The notes: generated by a model not told the origin, from the letters alone. 32,000 bases of DNA from Alkanindiges illinoisensis DSM 15370 (GCF_000619845.1 NZ_JHUX01000003.1:1210064-1242063), one strand, 5' to 3'; counted from the first letter of the stretch, positions 1 through 11,017 are shown. Numbers and translations are program-made.

Positions 1-1
1 T

Positions 2-889
2 TTACAGGAAGAACGTACCTGGGCTGGCTTAACCACCCATACGCTTAAAGTAGGTGACATTGAATGGACCTATAGTGAAGGTGGCGACAAAGCCAAGCCA
101 ACCGTGATGCTGGTGCATGGCCTGTCCGGTAGCCGAGACAACTGGAACCGGGTAGCCCGTTACCTGACACCTTATTACCATGTCATTATTCCCGACCTGC
201 CTGCACATGGCGACACCAGGGTTCCGGCAGACTTTGACCTGCAAGTGCCCAATATGGTGGAAGCCCTGCGCCGCTTTACTGAAGCTGCCGGAATCAATAA
301 AAACCTGAACGTGGCGGGTCACTCACTGGGTGGTGCGGTTGCTGGCCTGTATGCAGCGCAATACTTTTTTGATGTGCAAAGCCTGCTGCTGATTGACAGT
401 GCTGGCGTATTCAAGACTGCCCAAAGTCCTTATTTAAAAGACCCCACCCTGCTGCGCAATATTGTGGTGTCCAAGCCCGGCGACTTTGATAACCTGATGA
501 AAATTGCCATGTACAATCCACCGTTTATTCCGACTGCACTCAAGCAGGAACAGGAAAAAGTGATGATTGCGCAAGCGGACAATACCCGTAAGGTGATTGA
601 GCAACTCATTAAACTGTACGGCTATTATACCCCGGAAACCTTTGCACTGGCAGCTAAAGCCATTGAAGCCCCAACGCTGATTATCTGGGGCAAGCAGGAC
701 AAGATCATTGATGTTAATGTGGTGCCGGAACTAAAAGGCCTGATTAAAAATGCACAGGAACCGGTGATTTTGCCAAATGTCGGTCATACGCCTATTCTGG
801 AAGCCGAGCAGCTGGTTATTCAAAAATACCTGCCCTTTTTGCAAAAATCAGTGGCCACACCCAATCCGTTTGCCGGATCAGCGCCTTAA
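2..889 (+). CDS. alpha/beta-fold hydrolase, 5'-truncated by the window edge
   Basis: The frame of ORF 104..889 stays open back to position 2 (LQEERTWAGLTTHTLKVGDIEWTYSEGGDKAKPTVMLVHG, a typical N-terminal strand plus HG oxyanion motif). Nucleophile elbow GHSLGG. C-terminal NVGHTP histidine region. Confidence 0.75.
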   Translation, partial: LQEERTWAGLTTHTLKVGDIEWTYSEGGDKAKPTVMLVHGLSGSRDNWNRVARYLTPYYHVIIPDLPAHGDTRVPADFDLQVPNMVEALRRFTEAAGINKNLNVAGHSLGGAVAGLYAAQYFFDVQSLLLIDSAGVFKTAQSPYLKDPTLLRNIVVSKPGDFDNLMKIAMYNPPFIPTALKQEQEKVMIAQADNTRKVIEQLIKLYGYYTPETFALAAKAIEAPTLIIWGKQDKIIDVNVVPELKGLIKNAQEPVILPNVGHTPILEAEQLVIQKYLPFLQKSVATPNPFAGSAP

Positions 890-944
890 CACAGGCTTTG
901 GTTAGGCTCTGGTTTATTAAACACTTTTAGTCTTCGAGAAACTT

Positions 945-1943
945 ATGATTCATCCCAAAGCAGAACAACTATTACAGGCCCAGTTGCGTTATATCCTGCT
1001 GCAATTGCAGTCCGAGCAAACCGTCAGCGATGAGGTCAATACGCTGGTCGCCCACCTGTCTGACAAGCCTGTTGAACAACTGATTACATTGGAACACTTG
1101 CAGGCACTGCTGGGCAAGCAGGCACTGGAGTATCCGGTACAAGCACACCTGACTGAGCAAATTGTGTCACAAATCCAGTTTGCCCTAACGCATGCCAGCA
1201 ATGACAGTATCAAGATTGCGGACCTGGTTCCTGCTGATTCAGTAGAAACGGTAGCGCAATACCTGTCCTCGCAAAAAGAGCATCGTGAAGCCTTTATTCA
1301 CCGGATTTTCAGTAACCCGGCTTATGCTCAGATGCTGTCACAAACCATTAGTCATGCCATCAATGACTATATGGAAAACAATGTGATTGCCAAGAAAATG
1401 CCCGGCATGGGTAGCCTGATGAAAATGGGCAAAAGCGTATTGGAAAAGGCAACTGACAGCAATCTGGATTCGGCCTTACAGGGATATTTAAGCAAAAATA
1501 TCAATAACCTGATTGCAGTCAGTGAAAAAATGGCCAACCGCCACCTCAATGACCAACAGGTATATCAGCTCATTAAGCAAGGCTGGCAAAGTGTGGCACA
1601 GCAGCCTGTGAGCATGGTTAATAACTATGTGGACAATGATGGCCTGACCAGCGGCGCGCAAGTGATTAGCCGCACCTGGGACAGCCTGCGCAGTAGCGAC
1701 TATATCCGCACTCAGGTGAATGATGGCATCGCGCACTGGTACAGCCAGAACAAACATCATACGCTGGGCAAAATCCTGCGCGATGTCAACGTGGATGCTG
1801 CACTGATTGAGCAGGAACTCAAACTGGCGATTATGCCGGTGGTACGCCAACTGATTGAAGAAGGCTATGTGGCCAAGCGTGTAGAAGCCCGCCTGCGTGA
1901 TTTTTATCAGACCAGCGAAGTGGCCGCCATTTTTGCTGACTGA
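945..1943 (+). CDS. hypothetical protein (332 aa, helical-looking, no recognisable motif)
   Basis: Long ORF with composition matching its neighbours. ATG preceded by a weak GAGAA. The antisense ORFs inside it are shorter and look spurious. Confidence 0.6.
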   Translation: MIHPKAEQLLQAQLRYILLQLQSEQTVSDEVNTLVAHLSDKPVEQLITLEHLQALLGKQALEYPVQAHLTEQIVSQIQFALTHASNDSIKIADLVPADSVETVAQYLSSQKEHREAFIHRIFSNPAYAQMLSQTISHAINDYMENNVIAKKMPGMGSLMKMGKSVLEKATDSNLDSALQGYLSKNINNLIAVSEKMANRHLNDQQVYQLIKQGWQSVAQQPVSMVNNYVDNDGLTSGAQVISRTWDSLRSSDYIRTQVNDGIAHWYSQNKHHTLGKILRDVNVDAALIEQELKLAIMPVVRQLIEEGYVAKRVEARLRDFYQTSEVAAIFAD

Positions 1944-2187
1944 TCATTTTTGCTAAGTACAATATTAAGCAAATTAAAGCGCATGGTTTGATTTAAGCAG
2001 TCATAATCATGCGCCATTCTTCTATGTACAATCACAGGTTAAGCGCTAATTAACTTCTGAAAAATCTAATACTGATCCTATAATATCCGTCCGCTAATTT
2101 TTATAACTACATCTCTTTAACTGCTTTTTATGGCATTTCATGGCACACTTGGTCCTTGAAATTTTATGTTTTAGACCAAGTTTTTTT

Positions 2188-2721
2188 ATGACTCAATTAT
2201 TGTCTGATACTGTAGAAACGCTACTGGCCGAAGAAGGCTTTAAGGTAGACCGGGTGAAACCCATTGTTCCTGCTACTGCATTAGACGAGGACAATACTGT
2301 TACTTTCCGGATTTTTGTAAAAGGGCACAAAGGCGAATGGCCGTGCATGGTGCGCTGCTTTGAAAACACGTCTCGCGTGCTGGTGTATAGCCTGTATCCC
2401 GATCAGGTGCCAGAACATTTGCGCTCACGCATTAGTGAACTCATTTGCCGCATTAACTACGGCCTGATTCTGGGCAATTTTGAAATGGACTGGGATGACG
2501 GCGAACTACGCTATAAAACCAGCATTGATGTGGAAGGCTTTGGCCTGAACAGCACGATTTTACGTAATCTGGTGTATGGCAATTTTCACAGCTTTGATTT
2601 GTACTTTAATGCACTGGCGTTGGGCATGGACACTGAACGCGATCTGGATATGATTGTGATGGAAGCTGAAAATCCTGATATGCCCAAGGGTTTTGATCTG
2701 GTTGATGAGATTGTGCACTGA
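2188..2721 (+). CDS. YbjN-like domain protein (putative chaperone-like or sensory transduction regulator family)
   Basis: The sequence MTQLLSDTVETLL...GNFEMDWDDGELRYKTSI resembles the YbjN family core. I prefer the internal ATG at 2188 over the track start at 2140, because the N-terminal extension overlaps a hairpin and T-tract. Confidence 0.55.
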   Translation: MTQLLSDTVETLLAEEGFKVDRVKPIVPATALDEDNTVTFRIFVKGHKGEWPCMVRCFENTSRVLVYSLYPDQVPEHLRSRISELICRINYGLILGNFEMDWDDGELRYKTSIDVEGFGLNSTILRNLVYGNFHSFDLYFNALALGMDTERDLDMIVMEAENPDMPKGFDLVDEIVH

Positions 2722-2784
2722 TTTTTTAACCTGTTGATTAAAGGCTGTACCGATTAATAAAATCGTTCAATAAAACCGATCAAT

Positions 2785-2823
2785 AAAAAAGCTGGCTACC
2801 TTTTTGGATTGCCAGCTTTTTTG
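2785..2823. terminator. bidirectional rho-independent terminator
   Basis: A 10-bp perfect stem, AAAAGCTGGC (2787-2796) with GCCAGCTTTT (2811-2820), has an A-run upstream and a T-run downstream. It lies between convergent genes. Confidence 0.7.
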
Positions 2824-2885
2824 TTTGATACTTTATTTGCTACTTTCAACGTGATTTTAAACCATACTAAACCGGCCTTAACAGA

Positions 2886-3326
2886 TTAGCCTTTATGCGC
2901 TTCAAGCTGTGCACCCACTCGAGCACCCATTTCCTTGCCCAGTGCAGCCAATGCATTAAATGGCCGGATCATCACTTCAAAATCCACGATCTTGCCCTGT
3001 GCATCAAAGCCAATCATGTCAATGCCTTTAAGGGCTTTGCCATCAACCACGGCACTAAATTCCAGCACGACCTGCAAACCATCATTACTTGCAAACTCAC
3101 GATGATAGGTAAAATTCTCGAAAATGGTAATTACTGTTTTAAGAATCAATCCTACCGCTAGCGAACCCGTATAAGGCCGGTGCGCCATGGGTGAACGAAA
3201 TACCACATTCGAGTCCAGCAGCTCAGCCAGAATGCTCATATCGCGGGTTTGTAGCATGTGGTGCCACTTTTCCAGTGAAGTAGCTACCGCAGGTTGAAGC
3301 TGGGCGGTTATTGCTGTTGTCGTCAT
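2886..3326 (-). CDS. NTF2/SnoaL-like fold protein (146 aa), downstream partner of fadH
   Basis: ATG at 3326 is preceded by GGAGAA. The size and the alternating beta-rich C-terminus are typical of the nuclear transport factor 2 family. The 190-aa track version would overlap the fadH stop and carries an implausible N-terminus. Confidence 0.6.
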   Translation of the reverse strand: MTTTAITAQLQPAVATSLEKWHHMLQTRDMSILAELLDSNVVFRSPMAHRPYTGSLAVGLILKTVITIFENFTYHREFASNDGLQVVLEFSAVVDGKALKGIDMIGFDAQGKIVDFEVMIRPFNALAALGKEMGARVGAQLEAHKG

Positions 3327-3429
3327 GCTTGTTCTCCCTGAACATTTATACCTTGTTTTTTGCCTGGAACTTGCCAGCGGGTTGTTAATATACCCGCTGG
3401 CATTGATCTGGCTGATTGGATTACGGCTA

Positions 3430-5502
<2,073 letters not shown>

Positions 5503-5583
5503 CTATTCCTTTATGGCGGAAATTAAAACGCTGGCGGTTGTGATCAGCACGATACGATTTCTTGAAAATGCCTGATCACAACT

Positions 5584-5599
5584 ATGCACTTTGTTGCAT
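5584..5599. promoter_or_regulatory. palindromic operator 1 (ATGCA-N6-TGCAT), putative PadR site
   Basis: ATGCACTTTGTTGCAT lies in the fadH/padR divergent intergenic region, downstream of the predicted fadH -10 element. Confidence 0.45.
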
Positions 5600-5615
5600 G
5601 ATTTGCTATGCCGAT

Positions 5616-5644
5616 TTTATAATTTATTTTCCATCACTATGCAA
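5616..5644 (-). promoter_or_regulatory. predicted sigma70 promoter of fadH
   Basis: On the minus strand: TTGCAT (-35, complement of 5639-5644), a 17-nt spacer, then TATAAA (-10, complement of 5616-5621). Confidence 0.4.
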
Positions 5645-5654
5645 CTGGTTGCAT
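5639..5654. promoter_or_regulatory. palindromic operator 2 (ATGCAAC-NN-GTTGCAT), putative PadR site
   Basis: Perfect 7+7 palindrome ATGCAACTGGTTGCAT. Each half supplies a TTGCAT -35-like hexamer for one of the two divergent promoters. Confidence 0.5.
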
Positions 5655-5677
5655 AAATTATTTTTACAGTATTTAAT
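5649..5677 (+). promoter_or_regulatory. predicted sigma70 promoter of the PadR-family gene
   Basis: TTGCAT (5649-5654), a 17-nt spacer, then TTTAAT (5672-5677). Confidence 0.3.
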
Positions 5678-5709
5678 ACTTTTTCAAGTTCACTCATTTG
5701 CGGTATTGC

Positions 5710-6255
5710 ATGTCACTCGCTCACGTCCTGCTCACGTCCTTACTGGAAAAGCCAAGCTCTGGTTATGATCTGGCACGCCGCTTTGACAAGTCCATGGGCT
5801 TTTTCTGGAGTGCCACCCACCAGCAGATTTACCGCGAGCTGAAACGCATGGAAGATCAGGGCTGGATTAATGCAAGCCCGGCAGAAGATGCGGGTAAGAC
5901 CAAGAAGAAAACCTATGAAGTGCTGGATGCAGGCAGGCAGGAATTAAAGCAATGGGTGTTGCTGGCGACTGATCCTTACCTGATCCGCGAAGAAATGGCA
6001 GTACGCCTGCGTGCCGAGGCCATACTTGGCCCATTGGGTATTGAGGAAGAACTCAAACGCCACCTGAAATTGCATGAAGAAAAACTGGTGCTGTATCTGA
6101 CCATTGAGCAGCGTGATTTTATTAAAAACAGTGTGCTTAGCCGCGAGCAGCAAATTCAGCATCGGGTATTGTTGTTAGGAATTGAAACGCAAAGAACCTG
6201 GATACAGTGGGCAAAGGACACCATTGCCCTGTTTGAAAAGCTGGATAAAAGATAA
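5710..6255 (+). CDS. PadR-family transcriptional regulator
   Basis: The winged-helix N-terminus MSLAHVLLTSLLEKPSSGYDLARRF...HQQIYRELKRMEDQGWI is typical of PadR. It is divergent from fadH. The ATG at 5710 is preferred over the TTG at 5698. Confidence 0.85.
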   Translation: MSLAHVLLTSLLEKPSSGYDLARRFDKSMGFFWSATHQQIYRELKRMEDQGWINASPAEDAGKTKKKTYEVLDAGRQELKQWVLLATDPYLIREEMAVRLRAEAILGPLGIEEELKRHLKLHEEKLVLYLTIEQRDFIKNSVLSREQQIQHRVLLLGIETQRTWIQWAKDTIALFEKLDKR

Positions 6256-6339
6256 GTTTCAGAGGATTAAAGCTCTAGCTTACTCTACCTATCTGATATT
6301 TTGGAATTTTGGTATAGTCAGACACTAAACCCCACCTAA

Positions 6340-6419
6340 CCTCCCCTTAAAAAAGGGAGGAACAACACGAACTATACGGATAAGTGAACTGTCACAAGTC
6401 TCCCCTAAAAAGGGGAGAC
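6340..6419. repeat. two related palindromic hairpin elements (REP-like)
   Basis: CCTCCC-cttaaaaaa-GGGAGG (6340-6360) and GTCTCCCC-taaaaa-GGGGAGAC (6398-6419) share a CTCCCCT-A5/6-GGGAG core in the same orientation. Neither is followed by a T-run. Confidence 0.5.
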
Positions 6420-6484
6420 TTAGAGGGGTAAAAGTTGAGGCATTATTTAATAAAAAATTTCACTTCAAACTTTCTTCAGGCTCA

Positions 6485-7153
6485 CTACTTAAAATAAGCG
6501 CCTTCTTTTTGGGTATGGTCAGTCTTATCAATCACACGACCCAGCTCGGGAATATGCTCTTTCAGCGTGGTTTCCACACCCTGCTTCAAGGTCACATCCA
6601 CCGCTGAACAACCCTGACAGCCACCACCAAACTGCAATACTGCGGTTAAGCCATGCTCGGCATCGTTGAATAGCTCAACCAATGACACATTGCCGCCATG
6701 CCCTGCCAGTCCCGGATTGATTTCTGCCTGCAATACATAAGCAATGCGTTCTTCAACCGACGCATCTGCACCCACACGAGGCACTTTGGAATTAGGCGCC
6801 TTAAAGGTTAACTGACCACCAAAGCGATCCTTGTTGTAATCAATCACGGCATCTTTTAAATAAGGAATGGATGGCGTGTCGATATAGGCCGGAAAGCCAT
6901 CATACTGCTGTTGGTAATCCAGTGTGTTCACTTCTTCCGGTGTGGCATAGGCCATGCAGCATTCCGCACGGGCAGTACCAGGATGCTCAACGAAAATGCG
7001 TACACCAATGCCAGGCGTATTTTGCTTGGCCAGCAAGTCATTCAGGTATTCCTGAGCGCTGGGCGTAATGACCATATTCGGGATCATTTCATCCGGTAAG
7101 CTTGTATTTTGAGTGGCTTGATTTTCAATCGTGGTGGCATTTTCAACAGACAT
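6485..7153 (-). CDS. nfuA: Fe-S cluster biogenesis protein NfuA
   Basis: An A-type-like N-domain is followed by a Nfu C-domain carrying [12 protein letters not shown] and FGGGCQGCS (the CxxC cluster ligands). ATG at 7153 is preceded by GGAG. The track start at 7192 adds 13 unlikely residues. Confidence 0.9.
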   Translation of the reverse strand: MSVENATTIENQATQNTSLPDEMIPNMVITPSAQEYLNDLLAKQNTPGIGVRIFVEHPGTARAECCMAYATPEEVNTLDYQQQYDGFPAYIDTPSIPYLKDAVIDYNKDRFGGQLTFKAPNSKVPRVGADASVEERIAYVLQAEINPGLAGHGGNVSLVELFNDAEHGLTAVLQFGGGCQGCSAVDVTLKQGVETTLKEHIPELGRVIDKTDHTQKEGAYFK

Positions 7154-7372
7154 TACAACTAACTCCTGCGCAGAGGGCACATCATAGCGCATAGATGAGG
7201 GCTATGATCATCAAACACAAGTTTAAGTGATTTTTTGGGCAAAATGTAAGAAAACCCTTGGCAAAATACCGATCATCATTATCGGCTAAAAATGTAACTA
7301 GGCGTTTATACACAACAATTTGGCCTAAAAGTATTTTACTATTCCGTCACAATAACCATTAATCCGACTAAA

Positions 7373-7987
7373 ATGCTAGGTTTACCTTTTTCCCATACCC
7401 TGACCTTAATTCTTATTACCTGTCTGCTGTCTTTTATTGCGTTTGGCAATCGTATGGTGATGAATCGCCTGATTATGTGGCCGCCAGCCATGCGCCGTGG
7501 CCAGTTTGACCGCTTTATTACTTATGGCTTCGTGCATGCTGATGGTACGCATTTGCTGTTTAATATGATTACCCTGTATTTTTTTGGCCGCGCGATTGAA
7601 GCATTTTACCGGCCTTATTTTGCCGGAATGGGTTTTATCCTGTTTTATCTGGCGGCTTTGGTGGTGGCCATGCTACCCAGCTATTTCAAACATAAGAATG
7701 ACCCCAATTATCTGAGCCTCGGTGCTTCAGGTGCAGTATCCGCAGTACTGTTTGCCTATATCCTGTTTGCGCCGTGGAGCCTGATTTTTGTATTTTTCAT
7801 TCCCATGCCTGCCATTATCTATGCCTTGCTATACACGGCTTATACCGTTTATTCAGCACGGCGTGGACAAGACAATATCAACCACAGTGCGCATTTATGG
7901 GGTGCAGGTTTTGGGGTGATTGCTACCATTGCAATTGAGCCTCGGTTGGTACCGCGCTTTATGCAGGAATTGCTGCATCTTCATTAA
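7373..7987 (+). CDS. rhomboid-family intramembrane serine protease
   Basis: Polytopic membrane protein with the catalytic GASGAVSAV (GxSG) helix, the downstream HSAHLWGAGFG histidine helix, and FVHADGTHLLFNM. Confidence 0.8.
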   Translation: MLGLPFSHTLTLILITCLLSFIAFGNRMVMNRLIMWPPAMRRGQFDRFITYGFVHADGTHLLFNMITLYFFGRAIEAFYRPYFAGMGFILFYLAALVVAMLPSYFKHKNDPNYLSLGASGAVSAVLFAYILFAPWSLIFVFFIPMPAIIYALLYTAYTVYSARRGQDNINHSAHLWGAGFGVIATIAIEPRLVPRFMQELLHLH

Positions 7988-8122
7988 AATATTTTAGTGC
8001 CATTTGAGGTTAATTTTAAAACCTGAAAACAAGATTAGTGATTTGATATAGTTTTACTTATATTTTTATTCGATAGCCTTGTTCGTTTTAATTATTTTAA
8101 AAAGATAAACCGGTTGCCTACC

Positions 8123-8149
8123 ATTCCTCATATAATTTTTTAGAGGAAT
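8123..8149 (+). promoter_or_regulatory. hairpin sequestering the sulfatase Shine-Dalgarno sequence
   Basis: ATTCCTC (8123-8129) pairs with GAGGAAT (8143-8149) across a 13-nt AT loop. The right arm contains the only SD (GAGGA) 5 nt before ATG 8154. Confidence 0.3.
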
Positions 8150-8153
8150 ATCA

Positions 8154-9836
8154 ATGGCTACTTTTAATACAAAGCAGTTTCTGGTTGCAGGCCTGTGCAG
8201 CGTGGCTGTTGGCCTGACAGCGTGCAGTGATAATGACAAAAATGATCAGGCTAATGTGCCTGGTATAGAAAAGAAGAAGCCGAATATTCTGTTTATCATG
8301 GCGGATGATCTGGGCTATTCAGACCTTGGGGCTTTTGGTGGTGAAATCAATACGCCAAATATTGATGCACTGGCCAGCACAGGCCGGATTCTCACCGACT
8401 ATCATACGGCGCAAGCCTGTTCGCCCACCCGTTCGCAATTATTGTCCGGTACTGACCATCATCTGGCCGGCATTGGCTCCATGGCTGAAAGCCTTAATGA
8501 CAACGTGCGCGGTGCGGATGGCTATGAAGGCTATTTAAATGACCGTGTATTGTCCCTGCCGCAATTGCTTAAGGACAATGGTTACCATACCTATATGGCC
8601 GGAAAATGGCACTTGGGATTAACCCCGGAATATGGTCCCAAGGCACGTGGCTTTGAACGCTCATTTGTATTACTGCAAGGCTATGACCTGCACTACAAGG
8701 ACAAACCTGCCAGCGTGCAACGTCCCGGTACGTATACCGAGGATGGTCAGGCTGTTGAACTGCCCGATGGGTTTTTCTCTACCAATTATTATACCGACAA
8801 GCTACTGGCCTACCTGAACAGCAACAAGGACGGCAAGCCGTTTTTTGCTTATGCGGCCTATACCGCCCCGCACTGGCCACTTCAGGCACCGGATGAATTC
8901 ATTGCAAAATATAAAGGCAAATATGATGCAGGCTATGATGCCATTCGTAACCAGCGTCTTGCACGCCAGAAACAACTGGGCATTGTGCCAGCAGATTTCC
9001 AGCCTGCTAATCCATTAGCCACAGCCAACACACCGGACAAGGCCGGAAGCTGGAATGAGCTGACTGATGACCAGAAGAAAATTGAAGCCCGCAAAATGGA
9101 AGTGTATGCGGCCATGATCGAAAATCTGGATTACAACGTGGGCCGCATCATTACAGCGCTTAAGAAAAATGGCCAATATGACAATACGCTAATTTTCTTT
9201 GTGTCTGACAATGGCGCTGAAGGCTTTCCACGCAACGCTAATGGCTTTGACAACAGCCTGAATAATATTGGCAAGCCGACTTCTTATGTAAGTATTGGGC
9301 CACGCTGGGCTGAAGTCAGCTCTACCCCATTCCACTTATGGAAACTGACTGCGGGTGAAGGTGCCGTGCTGTCTCCAGCGATTATCAAGCTGCCCAGCCA
9401 GAATAAGGCTGAAACCATAAACACCAGCTTTACTTCGGTCAAAGATGTATCACCGACCATTCTGGAAGTTGCCCAGATCAAAAATCCGGGTAGCCAATAC
9501 AATGGTAAAACTGTGCATCCTATCACTGGCAAGTCATGGCTATCCTTGTTGCAAAACAAAACCAGCACAGTGTATGGCGATAACTTTGTGTTTGGCGATG
9601 AACTGCACGGCAATCAGTATGTGCGCACCGCCAATTGGAAACTGGAATTACAAGCACCGTATCAGGGTAAAAATATTCTGGGAACCGGTGACTGGGAACT
9701 CTACGATATTAAAAATGACCGTGCCGAACGCAACAACGTGGCTGCACAGCATCCGGATATTGTGGCAGATTTAAAAACCAAATATAGCCAGTATGCCAAA
9801 GATAATGGTGTACAGCCTTTCTTTGGTAAACAGTAA
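8154..9836 (+). CDS. Cys-type arylsulfatase, probable lipoprotein
   Basis: It has the sulfatase signature CSPTRSQLLSG (C-x-P-x-R formylglycine site) and the N-terminal metal-binding FIMADDLGYSDLG. The signal peptide ends in a lipobox-like LTACS. Confidence 0.9.
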   Translation: MATFNTKQFLVAGLCSVAVGLTACSDNDKNDQANVPGIEKKKPNILFIMADDLGYSDLGAFGGEINTPNIDALASTGRILTDYHTAQACSPTRSQLLSGTDHHLAGIGSMAESLNDNVRGADGYEGYLNDRVLSLPQLLKDNGYHTYMAGKWHLGLTPEYGPKARGFERSFVLLQGYDLHYKDKPASVQRPGTYTEDGQAVELPDGFFSTNYYTDKLLAYLNSNKDGKPFFAYAAYTAPHWPLQAPDEFIAKYKGKYDAGYDAIRNQRLARQKQLGIVPADFQPANPLATANTPDKAGSWNELTDDQKKIEARKMEVYAAMIENLDYNVGRIITALKKNGQYDNTLIFFVSDNGAEGFPRNANGFDNSLNNIGKPTSYVSIGPRWAEVSSTPFHLWKLTAGEGAVLSPAIIKLPSQNKAETINTSFTSVKDVSPTILEVAQIKNPGSQYNGKTVHPITGKSWLSLLQNKTSTVYGDNFVFGDELHGNQYVRTANWKLELQAPYQGKNILGTGDWELYDIKNDRAERNNVAAQHPDIVADLKTKYSQYAKDNGVQPFFGKQ

Positions 9837-9856
9837 CTTTGTTTAGCCTTTATTCA

Positions 9857-10972
9857 ATGAGTAACCTTTATTCAATGAAGAATCAGTGTTTACACCAGTG
9901 CTACCGCTTGATAGCACTGGGGCTATTTATATTTTCCGCCCAAGGTTGCCAACCAACCGATGCAGCCAAACAGCAGTCATCTCCGGATGTTGCTTTGGCA
10001 AAACCTTTAGCGCTGGGTAATCTGCAACATTGTCAGCGCTATACAGGATTGCCTGCCAACTTTGGCAAAAACCCAAAAGCAGGCATGGCGTATATTCCCG
10101 CGGGTGAATTACAAATTGGCTCAACCCAAGGCTATCAGGATGAATTGCCCTTAAAAAGTGGCGCAGGCACACCTGTTGCAGCTTTTTGGATTGACCAGAC
10201 AGAAGTTACTAATGCCCAGTTCGCCCAATTTGTAAAAGCGACGGGTTATATAACCGATGCGGAAAAAACAGGCGGTGGTGCGGTATTTATTGCGCCTAAA
10301 GCCGGGGAAGCCATCAGCAATAATAGCTGGTGGCATTTTGTCAAAGGGGCAAACTGGAAACAGCCTAATGGTCCCGGCAGCTCAATTAAAAACAAGGATC
10401 ACGAGCCAGTCGTCTTAGTGACTAAAAATGATGCCGAGCACTATGCCGTGTGGCTGGGTCATGACTTGCCCACCGAAGCCCAGTGGGAATATGCCGCAAA
10501 AGCACAGGGGCAAGCGCAATCACTGGAAAAAGCACCGCATGATGAACATGGCGCGCCTAGTGCCAACTACTGGCAAGGTGATTTTCCCTTACAGAACAGT
10601 CAGGCTGACCATTTCGCCGGGATTGCACCAGTGGGCTGTTATGCAGCCAATGCTTATGGCCTGTATGACATGATTGGCAATGTCTGGGAATGGACGCAAT
10701 CGCCCTATCACAATAGCCATGAACAGGATGCTGTTGCACAGAACCTGCCCGATGGACATGGCGGCAATCCTGCGCTGGCTCAAAGTCCAACAGCTCAACC
10801 TACTCAGTCCAAGACAATGCTATTTGATGCTACACCGTTTGTCATTAAAGGTGGCTCCTACTTATGTGCAGCCAATTATTGCGTGCGCTATCGGGCGGCT
10901 GCACGTCATCCACAGGAGGCCAATTTGCCCACCAGTCATGTTGGGTTTAGAACCGTATTAAATCTTAAATAA
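9857..10972 (+). CDS. formylglycine-generating enzyme family protein (SUMF1-type sulfatase maturase)
   Basis: FGE-sulfatase motifs are present: GNVWEWT, RGGSY-like KGGSYLC, HVGFR. It has a signal-peptide or lipoprotein-like N-terminus (LFIFSAQGC) and starts about 20 nt after the sulfatase stop. The start is ambiguous among TTG 9839, ATG 9857 and ATG 9872. Confidence 0.85.
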   Translation: MSNLYSMKNQCLHQCYRLIALGLFIFSAQGCQPTDAAKQQSSPDVALAKPLALGNLQHCQRYTGLPANFGKNPKAGMAYIPAGELQIGSTQGYQDELPLKSGAGTPVAAFWIDQTEVTNAQFAQFVKATGYITDAEKTGGGAVFIAPKAGEAISNNSWWHFVKGANWKQPNGPGSSIKNKDHEPVVLVTKNDAEHYAVWLGHDLPTEAQWEYAAKAQGQAQSLEKAPHDEHGAPSANYWQGDFPLQNSQADHFAGIAPVGCYAANAYGLYDMIGNVWEWTQSPYHNSHEQDAVAQNLPDGHGGNPALAQSPTAQPTQSKTMLFDATPFVIKGGSYLCAANYCVRYRAAARHPQEANLPTSHVGFRTVLNLK

Positions 10973-10984
10973 CTGATTAACCTC

Positions 10985-11017
10985 AAAAAAATGCCCAGCC
11001 TAAGCCGGGTATTTTTT
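10985..11017. terminator. probable bidirectional terminator
   Basis: A7-TGCCCAGC-ctaa-GCCGGGTA-T6 forms an imperfect stem between convergent genes. Confidence 0.4.

Noticed and set aside
7180-7207. The inverted repeat ATCATAGC...GCTATGAT upstream of nfuA shares ATCATAG with the vapB hairpin.
   Set aside because: The shared core is only 7 nt and the contexts differ. I could not match it to an IscR site, so I judge the resemblance coincidental.
9847-9882. An 18-nt direct duplication (CCTTTATTCAATGA twice, encoding LYSMSN/LYSMKN) lies at the 5' end of the FGE gene.
   Set aside because: It is real in the sequence but short, and it lies in the uncertain region before the signal peptide. It most likely only creates start-codon ambiguity (ATG 9857 versus 9872), so I did not treat it as a functional element.
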